A stretch of 64,000 bases of DNA, from NCBI RefSeq assembly GCF_009914755.1, contig NC_060932.1; one strand, written 5' to 3'. Position 1 is the stretch's first letter. Every line of letters starts with the position of its first letter. The stretch is from the human T2T-CHM13v2.0 reference genome, Homo sapiens. The position numbers and the translations under genes are program-made. The notes under the pieces were generated by a model. That model searched no databases and was not told the origin of the DNA. It saw only the letters and a list, made by a program, of their open reading frames with translations. Of this stretch, positions 48,604 through 64,000 are shown piece by piece.

Positions 48604-51474
48604 CCCATCAAGTGCCAAGTACAGTCTGGGATTTCTGGGAATATAGCCGTAAATAGCCTAGAGCCTGAATGAGTTCACTAAGTGAAGAAGAAAGACAGGG
48701 TTCAAAGGCATTGTTAGTGGCCATTATAAAGGCATGGAGGCAGACATTCATATGGTTCTTCAGAGTATTTCTCTTTTTTTTCTACCTTCTCATTTCTTTT
48801 CAAAACTTGTGAGTCCCTCTTCCTGTGTGGTGTTCCTCCACTGCTTAGGAAACAAGACAAACTTTTTTATTTGGTAACTTGCTAAGGTAGACTCTTTCCC
48901 AGATAACCATGTGCATAAGGCTTTCAAGAATTTCATAAATGAAATCAAGGGCATTTAAGGCAGCCCAGGAGGAGGCATAAATTTGTGTTAAGAGATCAAT
49001 TGTGTGCTGACCACCAGTGTGCACTTCAGGCCTTCTTTCATTTAGGGGTAAGGTTACCTCTCCAGAGACCTGTGGGGACACTTCATAAAGAAAAGATACC
49101 TGAAAGCTCCAGGGATGTGTGGAGGCCACTTGTCTTTCCAGATGCTAGCAGAGCTGCTGGACCAGCTCAAGTGATCATGGGCAAATCTGGTCTACTTTTT
49201 CAGATACTCAGAAGCTATGGACTTGCTCACACTCAGAGGTGGTGGCTGCTGTTAGAAGTTTTCAGAACAGAAGAGGGAGCGATAGGATGGGAAGAGACAG
49301 TGTTAACAGCACAACAGATTGGCCAAGATTTTAAATTTTTCTCCAGCTTCATTTAAATGATGTAGACACCAAAGAGTGACTATGTTGGATTCTAATACAT
49401 GTCTTTCACCTCCCCTGTCTAGAGCAAAGTCGTTTCCTCTTTCTTCAACCCCTTCTGACAATTTGTAGCTGGCATTGAGCATTTTGGATGTGGTTTTTTG
49501 ATTTGGATGATGACAAGATATTTCTTGAAACTGATTTACTTTGTGCCAAATATGAAATTGAATTTGTGATGGTTGGAGCAGATGGAAAACCCATTTTTTA
49601 AAAAAATGCCAGAACAGCCTCATCCTAGGCCCAGGGGCTGTGAAATCGGGCCGCTTCTTTCAAATGGGAGTGGGATGGTGTCCTAGGGCTCTAACTCAGG
49701 GCAAAATAAAAGAAGAATTAGCAAAGTCATTGAGGGGTGTTCAACCTCCTTTAAGTTGGTGTCTGATTCTAAATTTCTCAGGGAAGTGTCTGTGTAGACA
49801 AGCTCAAGCAACATTATTTCCCTCAGATGGACTCCCCTCCTGCCTTCCTCCCAGGCCTCAATGTGTTCAGTGATTGCATTTCTCCCACACAGTCCTCCTC
49901 TCCTTTTCTCCTCTCTACTCCCACCCTCCATTTCTCTCTCTTCTGCTCCCTGCTTCTTCCTTGTCGTTCTCCTCCCTCCCACTCTTATCCTTGCCCACAT
50001 TTCTCTCCCTTCCCTGCTTTCATTCTGCACCCCCGATCGCTTTGATGTGTTCTAATGGCTGGAACTCCCTTCAGGTTGGTTGTTCTGCTATTAACGAGGA
50101 ACGAATGAATGATGATAATCAGAAGTGAAACAGAACGCTCTCCTTCCACTCCCCCTGTAAGCACTGGGCTCTAACTTTAGACAGTTTGTCAGCAGGGAAG
50201 AGGAGGAGTGAGAACAGAACTTGCAGGCTCTCTGGAGATTCTGGGTCTTAGCTGCTCAAGAGAGCCTCCTCTGGCTGGTCAGATTTAACAGCAGCCTGCT
50301 GGCCTCTGCTTCTCTCCCTCTTGCTTTGTTTTGGGTCAGGGGCCTGGAGACACTAGCAATGAAAGGTGAGAGTTACCATGATGCCAGGGCGCACCTTTTC
50401 TTGCAGCTTGGTACAGTTTCACAGCCCCTTTCTGTTCTCCTGGTGCAATCTTTTCTCTGCATCACCTCGGCCTGCTAAGGAGACTCCCTGCTTAATCTGG
50501 GAACGTAACATGGTCTTCTGTTCTTTTGGACAAAGGCCAAGTTCTTTGCCTTGGTTTATTGGGCCCCCCATCCTCTGTCATTTTTCTGCTCTGAGGTCAT
50601 TCCCCTCATCTTCCCAGCTCACTACTCCCTTAGAATCTAGTTTTGATGACATTCTTATAAATCTATTCCTGGCCTTGGCATGCAGTTCTCTTTGGTGGGA
50701 GCATCCTTTCTACCCCTTTTATGAGTACACAAGCTTATTTGTCCTTTCACTTTAACCTTCAAGGTTAGCTCCTCTAGGAAGCCTTCCCTGATTACCCCTA
50801 CTCACATACACCTACATCCTGCCCTCCACACGCATGCATTCTTCCCTGCTCACACGTAAATACATATTTCATCCATACCACCCACACCCCACCCCCAACA
50901 CACACACACCCAGACTTACAGCCTCTACACATATGCCCAACCACACATATTAGACTGAAGTACATGTAATTGCCAACATTTGACTTTTTTCAACTACAGA
51001 AGAGTAATTTTATGACATATTATTAATTTATGTATTCTCCCACTTCTACGCATAAATGCACACCCACTTCCAAATGTACATTCTGTTTAGCTCAACATAC
51101 CTCCTCTACTTAGTGTTAGGTATAGAAATTGCACACCATTCACCTCTCCCTTACAGTCAGCATTTCTGGTGACACCACATTTCTAGCATTAAGCCAAACA
51201 TTAATTTTCTCATCCTATACTTTGGAAAGATGCGCCTTGCTCTTCTGAACCCCAGGAAGCTTAGAAAGCTTAATGAAAGGACTCCTGCCATACAGTTCCC
51301 GTGGTATTTCAATAATCCCAGCTCACTGTATAGTATAATAAGGCTCTAAGTCAATTTTTAGAGGGTACTGCATGATAGCAGAGTGTTTATTACCAGCGCA
51401 GAAGATACAGTATGGTATAGGATAGAAGGAATACAATGCAGTTCTATAAATATTGAGAATTTACTATGTACCAG

Positions 51475-52367
<893 letters not shown>

Positions 52368-52736
52368 GCCAGGCACACTGTTCTAAGCATGAGCAACAGG
52401 GCAGTGAGCAAACAGATGAGGTCTCTATGCTCACAGAGCTTACATGCTGGTAGCGGGAGAGACTCGTCCCCTGGATCCTTCCACCCAAAGGTAGTAGTGG
52501 CTTCTTGCTTTTTCTGGGTGTCAAACTTCTGGGTTCCTTCTCTCTCGTTTGATTTATCACACTCTTTCATTCCTATGTAACACATTCAATGTAGTAAATT
52601 TCCTTCTTCGAAAATACTTGAAGTGCTTTCTATTGCCTGGCTGGACCTAAGTAATAAAAGTCTATTTTCCACTGTGATTTCTGAGGATCACAGTATAATT
52701 CTGGTACCCATAAAACATGCAAATAATGCTTCATTC

Positions 52737-53300
<564 letters not shown>

Positions 53301-53778
53301 TCATTTATTCTTGTTAGCTTAATATTCACAACACTACTCTCCCTCCTTTCCCTCCCCAGGTGTTCAGTCCTACAACTTGTCTTCCTGAAACTCAACAACT
53401 CTTCTTCAAAGCTAATTAAAATAATGTCATTAAAACAAATTGAAAATATTGGATTGCTAACTGACGCCAATGCAAATGTCTCTGGCAAGGACTTTTAAAC
53501 ATATTACTATGCAAGTAATACAGTGATTTTTCAGAAGTCCCACTTATTTTCTGGTCTTTTCACTCTTGGTTTGTGTAAGCAATATGAGTATCTGTGCAGG
53601 CTGGTTTTATGTTCTTATCATTAGAGTTTCTTGGTTTTACATGTGGTGCTGACAGATGAAGTCCTCTGTGATTTATAAACGGGACTTCACTGCTTTTTTC
53701 TGGAACTATGAGTTTGATCAAAGCTGAGCTTGAGCTCAAGATAAACAAGAAAAAATATTGTTGGGTAGTCATTTTCAA

Positions 53779-54085
53779 ACAGAAGTTGCCAGCAGGAGTC
53801 CCCTGGGCCTATTGCAATAAGTAGATTTTGTTTGGCATACACATACTTTTATTTTTTTAATTGGATATGTTACCAAAATATGAAAATTAGACACTTTACA
53901 TATAAAACTCTCAACTTTTCTTGCCTATTAAAAGGTGGAAATATGTACACAGGCATTCCTTTTCCTACAAGGTGACAACATTTCTTCCTAATTTAGAATA
54001 AAGCATTTGGTCTCAAGATCACTGAAGTCACAATCATTTACTTCGGCTGTCTGGACCCTGCAGCCATTTGAGTTTTTGCCTCCTT
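53779..54085. mobile_element. MER102-like hAT-Charlie relic
   Basis: cagaagttgcca start; tttgtttggc...; ctggaccctgcagccatttgagttt end. Confidence 0.5.
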
Positions 54086-54301
54086 TTATGGAATGTGACG
54101 TGAGGGAGAAATAAGTCTATATAGTGTTAAGCCACTGAGACTTTGGGATTTATTTGTTATTACTGCAGTGTAGCCATACTATCTGACTAATGCCTGCAGC
54201 TTTTCTGTTGTCACTGGTGCAAGCTAGATGGATAAAGGAACATACTCTTGAGGTACCTACCAGGTTGTATTAGTCATGGTGCTCTAGAGAAATAAAGCCA
54301 A

Positions 54302-54685
<384 letters not shown>

Positions 54686-54902
54686 TCACTTATATGTGGA
54701 TTTTTAAAAAATAAATATATGGCAAACATTTTTGGAGGCTTGCAACAATTTCAAAAAAAGTTGCCAAAACGTAGCCTAGAAATATCAAAAACTTAAGAAA
54801 AAATTAGGTCTCATGAATGCATAAAATATATGTAAATACTCATCTATTTTATCATTTACTACCATAAAATATGTACAAGTCTATTATAAAAAGCTAAAAT
54901 TT

Positions 54903-55460
<558 letters not shown>

Positions 55461-56196
55461 AAAACTAAAATTTATCAAAGCTTATGCACATACAGACTGC
55501 ACATGGTGCTATTCCCAGTCCAGAGAAATGGAAGTAAACCTAAGGATACAGTATTAAATTACAACTGCATAAAATTAACTGTGGCATACACCACACTACT
55601 GTAATAATTTTGTAGCCACATCCTGTTGCTATTGCATGTGCTCAAGTGTTGCGAGTATCCCCTTAAAACACTGTGTGATGCTAATCATCTCCGCATGAGC
55701 GGTTCCTTTCTCTAGTAAATTGCCTATCTCAGTAAAAGGTGATCTCTAGTGTTTCTCACGTATTTTTCATCGTGTTTACTGCAATAGCGTAAACCTTGAA
55801 TAACACCATGGGACCCATACAAAGTGCCAGTAGCGATGCCGGAAGTGCTCCCAAGAAGCAGAGAAAAGTCCTGACATTACAAGAAAAGATTGAATTGCTT
55901 GATATGTACCATAAATTGAGGTCCGCAGCTGCAGTTGCTGCCACCGCAGACAATTCATTCATCTTGTAAACAGACAATATAAACTGAGGGTATCGATAAA
56001 TACAATATGGTACTATAAAGGTATTTTCTCTGCCTTATAATCTTCTTAATAACATTTTCCTTTCTTTAGCTTACTTAAGAATACAGTATATAACATATAT
56101 ATTAATCACAAAATATGCATTAATCAACTTTTTGTGATAAGGCTTTCAGTCAGCAGAAGGCTACTAGTGGTTAAATTGGGAGAAAATCAAAAGTTA

Positions 56197-56568
<372 letters not shown>

Positions 56569-56579
56569 TCAAAAGTCAA

Positions 56580-56581
<2 letters not shown>

Positions 56582-56617
<36 letters not shown>
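56582..56617. repeat. (TG)n microsatellite
   Basis: Directly visible. Confidence 0.95.
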
Positions 56618-56622
<5 letters not shown>

Positions 56623-56888
56623 CACGTGAGGGAGAGAATTTTAAAGAACCGGCTTACACAAATGTGGAGGCTGGCAAGTCTAAAATCTAATGTGTAGGGC
56701 AGGCCAGCGGCATGGAGATTCACCTAAGAGTTGATATTGCAGTCTTGAGTCTGCAGTCTGGGAACCCAGGCAGAATTTCTGTGTTGCAGTCTAGAAGCAG
56801 AATTCCGTCTTCTTTGGGAAATCTTAGTCTTCGATCTTAAAGCCTTCAAATGACTGCATGAGTCCAATTACAGAAAGTAACCTGCTTA

Positions 56889-57912
56889 CAGTCATCCCCG
56901 CTTAACCACAGTTTCACTTTCTGTGGTTTCAGTTACCTGTGGTCAACCATGGTCTAAAGACATTGAATGAAAATGTCTAGAAATAAACAGTTCATAAGTT
57001 GTACATTGTGCGCCATTCTGAGTAGCGTGATGAAATGTTGAGCCATCCTGCTCTGTCCTGGGAGGTGAATTGTCTTTTGTCCAGAATGTCCATGTTGTAT
57101 ACGCTACCTGCCTGACAGTTCCAGAGTAGCCAGCTCGGTTATCAGATCAGTTGTCACGGCATTGCAGCGCTCGTGTTCAAGTCATCCTTATTTTACTTTA
57201 TAATGTCTCCAAAGCACAAGGGTAGTGATGCCGACAATTCAGACATGCCAAAGGGAAGCCAGAAAATGCTTTCCTTAAGTGAAAAGGTGAAAGTTCTAGA
57301 CTTAGTAAGAAAACAAATTGTATGCTGATGTTGCTAAGATCTATGATAAGAATAAATCTTCTATCTATGAAATTATAAAGAAGGAAAAAGGGCCCGGCGC
57401 GGTGGCTCATGCCTGTAATCCCAGCACTTTGGGAGGCCGAGGTGGGGAGATCACGAGGTCAGGAGATAGAGAGGATCCTGGTGAACACGTTGAAACCTCA
57501 TCTCTACCAAAAATAGAAAAAAATTAGCTGGGCAAAAAAAAGAAAAAAAAAAAAAAGAAGGAAAAAGAAATGTAGCCAGTTTTGCTGTTGTACCTCTCAC
57601 TGCAAAAGTTAAGGCCACAGTGTGTGGTAGCTGCTTAATTAAGATGGAAAAGGCGTTAAATTTGTGAGTAGGATAATAAGTTTTTTTAGACAGAGAGAGA
57701 GACCACATTCACATAACTTTTATTATAGTATATTGTTTATTATTTATTATTATTGTTAATCTATTACTGTGCCTAAGTTATAAATCAAACATTATCTTAG
57801 GTATCCATGTATAGGGGAAAACACAGTACATATAAGATTTGGCGCTATCCAAGGTTTCAGGCATCCACTGAGGGTCTTCAAATGTATCCCCTATGGATAA
57901 AGAGGTCTAGTG
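56889..57912 (+). mobile_element. MER44/Tigger7-type DNA transposon with TA flanks
   Basis: ggtttcagttacctgtggtcaacc; ttctgagtagcgtgatgaaat; frameshifted transposase N-terminus MSPKHKGSDADNSDMPK...[13 protein letters not shown] / [23 protein letters not shown] from 57203; ggtttcaggcatccactg...ggataa end. Confidence 0.88.
57391..57553 (+). mobile_element. Alu left arm plus poly-A, right arm absent, with 14-bp TSD
   Basis: TSD aaagaaggaaaaag at 57377-57390 and 57554-57567. Confidence 0.9.
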
Positions 57913-58943
57913 TACCCAAAAATCTACTGACTATAAATGTTAATTGCGTCTAAAAAATAACTTCATCACGGAGACATCTAGATTAGTGTTTGAACAAACG
58001 ACTGAGCATCATAGCCTAGTCACATTGACACATACAATTAACCATCACACAGGTTATAAACAAAGTCTTTGTCCTGTACATCTTCCTGATCCATCAACTT
58101 TTTCTCTTTGGTTAGAAATTTAAAACATTCTCTATGTTAAAAGAAATAGATATAATATGCAGAGGGATAGAAATAATTGCTCTTGGATTTGTAATACAAG
58201 ACATGAAAACATTAAAGAAATCTTCAAAACATGTCTCCACTACTTAGTCCTTCGCCAGCCACCATCAGAGTGCGTAGGTGGGTATGTCTGCTACATTCAT
58301 CTATGCGGTCCGGGTCTGGCTTCCATTGCCAGCATCAGCACAAAACCCCTTCTAACCTCTAGACAAGCCTGAAGCTCCTGCTACTTATCCTGTTGTAGCT
58401 CTTCCCCAAGCACAGACACATTTTGCCATGGACCAAGAAGAAATGAAGGTCAAGGATGCGATGAGGTTGTAGTAGTGGGAGGTGGGGAAAACGGAAAGAG
58501 GATCAAGCAGAGATTCAGTGCAGGAAGTAAAGGGCTCTAGGCACAACTCAGACTGGGGCAACTGCTCCCTTCTATTCAGAAATCTCACGCTGGGATTTTT
58601 CCTCTCTCCATGCTCGTCTCTCAACTAAGAGAAGACATGGTTTGCTTGGAAGACAGCCAAGTACAGTAATTAATGGTATAGATTTAAGCAGACAGGCCTG
58701 GATTTGGGTCCCAAACTAAGCCACTCACTACCTAGCTGACTTTTAAGGTACAATTTAACCCTCTCCGGGCCTCACTTTTTTTATTTGTTAAACAGGGATT
58801 GAAAGTAATATTTCCTTAACACACACACAAACACACACACGAAGAGACACAAGGATATTAGTAAAAGTGATGGATATATCTATGTCTAGTATCTTAATTG
58901 TGATGATGGTTTCATGGGTGTGTGCATATGTCTACACTCATCA

Positions 58944-59292
<349 letters not shown>

Positions 59293-59508
59293 TTAATCAT
59301 CCCTCAACAAACAAAGCTTTTTTTAAATAGTATTTTTTAAAGTTATGATGAGGACTCAAAGATATTACGCCAGAAAATGCAGATAAATTATAGTTATTAC
59401 CACTTTTTTGTTTGTTCTAATAATGTTCCAAGTACTTTAGTTTGTTTTTCCTTCATTTGTTCTAACACTGTTCCATGTACTTTCTGTACATTTATTCAAT
59501 CAATTCTT

Positions 59509-59804
<296 letters not shown>

Positions 59805-60864
59805 TCAATCAATTCTTACAACAACCCTGAGCTAAGAACTTGGTATTGCTCCTTGTCTATTTAGAGCCTGTGTAGGGATCAGCAAAAGGCTCCCTTTCTT
59901 CAAGCCACTTTACTTCCATCTATTGGAAAACTGTCATAATAAACTATTCTTATTAGAACAAGATACAATATTGGCATCTGCTAGGAAGCTTTGGTAACAA
60001 AGATCCACCTCTCTCATGATGGGAACGGCAACCCCTTACATCTGGTGCCATTGTGCTATACATGGCTGTAGACATTATCGTTATTTCTATTTTACAGTTC
60101 AGGTGACTTCAGTTCATAGAGGTTAAGTCACTCAGCTGAGATTATACCAGGAGTCATCACTGTGCTTTGAGCCAAGGCAAACAGCACAGGGCCAGGTAGA
60201 AAGTAGGGTTTCATTAAACATTAATTCCTGTTTTTGTCCTTGTTAGAACTAACTCAAAAAGGCAAAGTGGAGTTTCTTACAGGTTTTTGCCTTAAAAGGA
60301 AAGTTATTCAAATGGCAGTGTAATGGATAAATTAGAAAAGATAATTGCATTACCTGTATGAATTGGTATGGCATTATTAGTTGGTTTGTGCAGCATAGTT
60401 TTGATTTGTATGTTATAATGCAGCCTTTGTGTGTGTATTAAAGTTTTGCTAATTATTAAATGCCTTGCGTCTGTGACACACTTTATCCTCTTCAAAGGGT
60501 CTCTCCATTTACTCCTGACAATAGCCCTGGATTGGAAAGGACACATGGTATCATTCAGATTTCACAGACGTAAAAAGGAGGACTGTCTGTCCAGCATGGT
60601 TCCCTATTCATGTGGTAAAGGGCTAGGCAGATGAATGTTAAATCTTTTATTCAGGAAGAACAATTAATTTCTGAAGAAATCAACTGGGGTCCAGGCCACA
60701 GGCCACCCATTAAATCCTCTCTTTAACTCATTGGACAAAACCCCTGAGGATACAAAGCTAAGAAGCAGCACCTAACCCAGAGAGCTCACATGGACTGGCT
60801 GGTGAGACAATGCTACCCTGAGCAGAGTGCTGAAATAGAGATGCACTCAAGTACACCAAGAAGC

Positions 60865-61060
60865 AGAGGGTCCAATTTCCAGCCCTGCTACTTACTAAGG
60901 CTGCAGTCTTGGGTGAGCTACTCAACTTTCCATTGCTTCAGTTGGTTTATTTCTAAATGAAAAACACAGTAACACGCCAAAGGGTTATTGTAAAGATTAA
61001 ATGAGTTTATATATAAAAGCATTTAGATTAGCATGTGACATATAGCCCAGTACAAGGGAT
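60865..61060 (+). mobile_element. MIR
   Basis: ccagccctgctacttacta...gggttattgtaaagattaaatgag...aaagcatttaga. Confidence 0.75.
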
Positions 61061-61106
61061 GTACTGTGTGAGTGTGTGTGTGTGTGTCTGTACAAACACA
61101 CATATA

Positions 61107-61219
61107 TCCTCCCCTCCCCTCCCCTGCCCTCCCCTCCCCTCCCTCCTTCCTTCCCTTCCTTCCTTCCTTCCTTCCTTCCTTCCTTCCTTCCTTCCTTCCT
61201 TCCTTCCTTTCTTCCTTCC
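61107..61219. repeat. (CCCCT)n/(CCTT)n microsatellite
   Basis: Directly visible. Confidence 0.95.
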
Positions 61220-62373
61220 GTAGAAGTGATCAGTTCTTTGTGATCTGTTAGGAAACAGAGAAGACATCAGGGGGAAGTAATTGCCCTCACTCTTCCTCAA
61301 AAGATTTCAGGAAAATAGTCCTTGACAGAAGGAACCAGAACACACAGTATGATTAACTTTTTTGAAGTATCAGGCAAATCTCCAGAAGGGAATGAGAACT
61401 TGCCAAAGTTACTGACAACCCTATGTTTTGGAAATACTAATTTTAGGGACATTCCTTTAAAACATGAAACACATTTTCCTTTTATTTTAGACAGAGAATG
61501 TGAAGCCTACTTAGCCTTTTCTTGATGACTCAGGGTCAGTCTTTTGTTTTTATTAATCTCACCTAAGAGCCACTCCTGAGGGGCTGCCTAAATCTACATG
61601 AGTAGCCTACTGAGGAGTCTGAGAGGGGCAGTTCCTCCATGACAAATGAAATGATGTGGCCTCTTACACCATCTCCAGGTTCTCATTCCAACAGCAAAGG
61701 AAACCTGCAGTGTCTCCTTGAACCTATTCCCACCACTGTCCTCGTTTGACTCTTTCCGTCCCTTGTGGACTTTGGTTCTTTGTCAGTTTCTATTTCTATT
61801 TCTTTTTGAGTCTTAGCAAAAGGACTTGGACCTTTTAGAAGAATGGGCCCTGTGCAAAACCAAAACACTGAAGAAGCTTGGAAGGGAAAAATAGATTAAA
61901 TCATTGTGTCTCCTAGAGTGTGCCAATAAAAAATAAAGACTCATTTCTATTGAGTAGTTCTCACATTGTGTTAAACTGTTCTGAGGGTTATGAGCAACAT
62001 AAGAAGTAAAAGCAATGGTCAACCTTTTTCTCTGTTGCTTGAGAGTTTGCAAAGCAGCCTAACTTCCAGGATCTTTAAACAGGAGCTCTCTAAATATCAA
62101 CAGGTCTGCAAATGTTTAGAGCAAGTTAGGTGGAAATGCTAGGACTCAACCCTTCTGAGTTTAAATTTTGTTCCTTTTTATTTTTTCTATTATATCATCT
62201 CACCTGTCTGAAGCAGAGAAGTTTATAATCCACTTTGTGTATGGAGAACCTGTATCCACAAAAAGTTTAATAACACACCCCATTATTAAGATGCTTGATG
62301 GGGCTTTCTAGAGCCCTGCAGGAATGCAGAGGAAGGGGATCCTCTGAGCTAGACCGTGAAAGGCACCTTTTTA

Positions 62374-62650
<277 letters not shown>

Positions 62651-62967
62651 TGAGGCAGGGTTCGGGAGAAGGATTAAATGTGGAAATCCCATGAGCAAGG
62701 GAGTGAAAGCAGAAATAAGTCATTGCCTCTCTTTCTTTCTTCCTTCTTTTCCAAGTGCCTCTCTTTTTCTTTCTTCATGTCCTTCTGTACTTCCTTCTAC
62801 CCCCAGTAGAAATCGTGACCAATGCTGGGTTTTTGTTTCATTTTGTTTTTTCACAGCCTCTAAGAATAAAGTAAAGAGAGAGAGACAGAGAGAGAGATTG
62901 GTCAGGGCAAAGGGAGTAACCAAAGAGAGAACTATGTAACATTTTCCCTTTTAGTCCCAACCTACCT

Positions 62968-63051
62968 GTAGGTTGAATCATATGAAATTGAAAGTATTTG
63001 TTTTTTTTTTAATTTCCTTTAAATACATCAACTTCATGTACTTCAACTTAA
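62968..63051. mobile_element. MADE2-type mariner MITE
   Basis: taggttgaatcatatgaaattg ... caacttcatgtacttcaacttaa imperfect terminal inverted repeats. Confidence 0.7.
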
Positions 63052-63309
63052 ATATATGAGGATGTTAATAAAAATATTTCTGGATAAAGCCCAGTAAAAT
63101 ATGGGAGTAGTCTTTATCAAATCAGTGTGGGATTGGATGCCAACTCTCGGATGGCCCCATGACACCAGCTACAAGAACCCTCATCCTACTGCCTCTCCTG
63201 GGTACCACTGTCTTATTCACGGTCCTTTTATAGGCATCTTTAAAACAGAGCCACCCTGGGAGGTGGGAGGGCTTGTTATCGCCACTTGACTGCCATGAAA
63301 CCAAGAGTT

Positions 63310-63510
63310 CATCTGAAAAAGCACAGACCTTGGTTTGAATCCAGAACTTTCCAATTCCTGGCCATGTAATCTTAGGCAAGGTATTTGCCTTATCTTGGCC
63401 TCAGTTTCACATGTAATGAATGGGATGACATGTATCATATCACAATCATGCATCACTACATGAGAACATGCATGCAAAGCACTTTATCACAGTTCCCAGA
63501 CCAGAGTGAG
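63310..63510 (+). mobile_element. MIR
   Basis: cagaccttggtttgaatccag...cttaggcaagg...cctcagtttcacatgtaatgaatggg. Confidence 0.75.
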
Positions 63511-63561
63511 AAATAAATGGGAGCTGTTTTGAAATACATTATTACTAATAATAACCCATGG

Positions 63562-64000
63562 TGTAGGGGAGAGAAGATTTTCCCTCTACCTTTGAGGGTT
63601 TGATAGTTGCATCTTTGAAATACACTGTCAATAGGCAGATTAACTGGAGAAAAAGTATACAGAATTATCACACGCACAGGGATCATAGGAAAGAAAAGGG
63701 AACACTCAAAACCCAGTAAGATTTAGGAGCTTATTGGCTTTCTTCATAAGGGAGAAGGGAACGGGGCTGTAGGCAATTTAGGACAGAGTAAACGATTTGG
63801 GGGAAAGATGAATGGGCCCTTAGGAGAACAGATGATAGTTTGTGACAAAACTTAGGGGTGGGGTGTCGACTTCCAGGCCCCTGTCCTGTGATATGCGTTA
63901 ATCCTCCCGGGTTGATGAAACTCCAGGGAGGGAATGATGAGAGTTGAGCTGTTTTTGGAGGATCTGTCTTTAGGCAGTTAAAGAGGATTCAGAGAAAACC
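63562..64000 (-). mobile_element. ERV1 LTR, MER34-like, running off the window end
   Basis: tgtagggga...ttttccctctacc...ggcagattaactggagaaaaag start typical of antisense MER34-family LTRs. Confidence 0.55.

Overview
Primate (very probably human or great ape) non-coding genomic DNA, intergenic or deep intronic. I find no credible host protein-coding exon, rRNA, tRNA or CRISPR array. The window is mostly transposable-element fossils: a young, frameshifted L1PA3-like element (1-2760) abutting an older L1PB; over 20 Alus (FLAM, J, S, Y and a Yd-like copy), many with readable target-site duplications (TSDs); solo LTRs (THE1, MLT1, MLT2, MER57, MER68, MER34-like, MamGypLTR-like); DNA-transposon relics (Tigger2b, MER44/Tigger7, Tigger4a, MER5A, MER20, MER33, MER58, MER63, MADE2); and many MIR/L2 fragments. 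Long ORFs are L1 ORF2 pieces; the short ones are Alu-derived, low-complexity or chance. The most notable observations are a 119-bp, 95%-identical local duplication sitting inside an old L1, a 3.8-kb nest of seven insertions inside one MLT2 LTR with its TSD intact, a 53-codon Tigger micro-ORF with strong Kozak context and an NLS-like motif, structurally odd Alus, several perfect palindromes/hairpins, and a few repeat-free blocks that look like enhancers or lncRNA exons. Repeat names are from recalled consensus sequences, not a RepeatMasker run, and boundaries of old elements are approximate. I see no strong evidence for a wholly new biological system.
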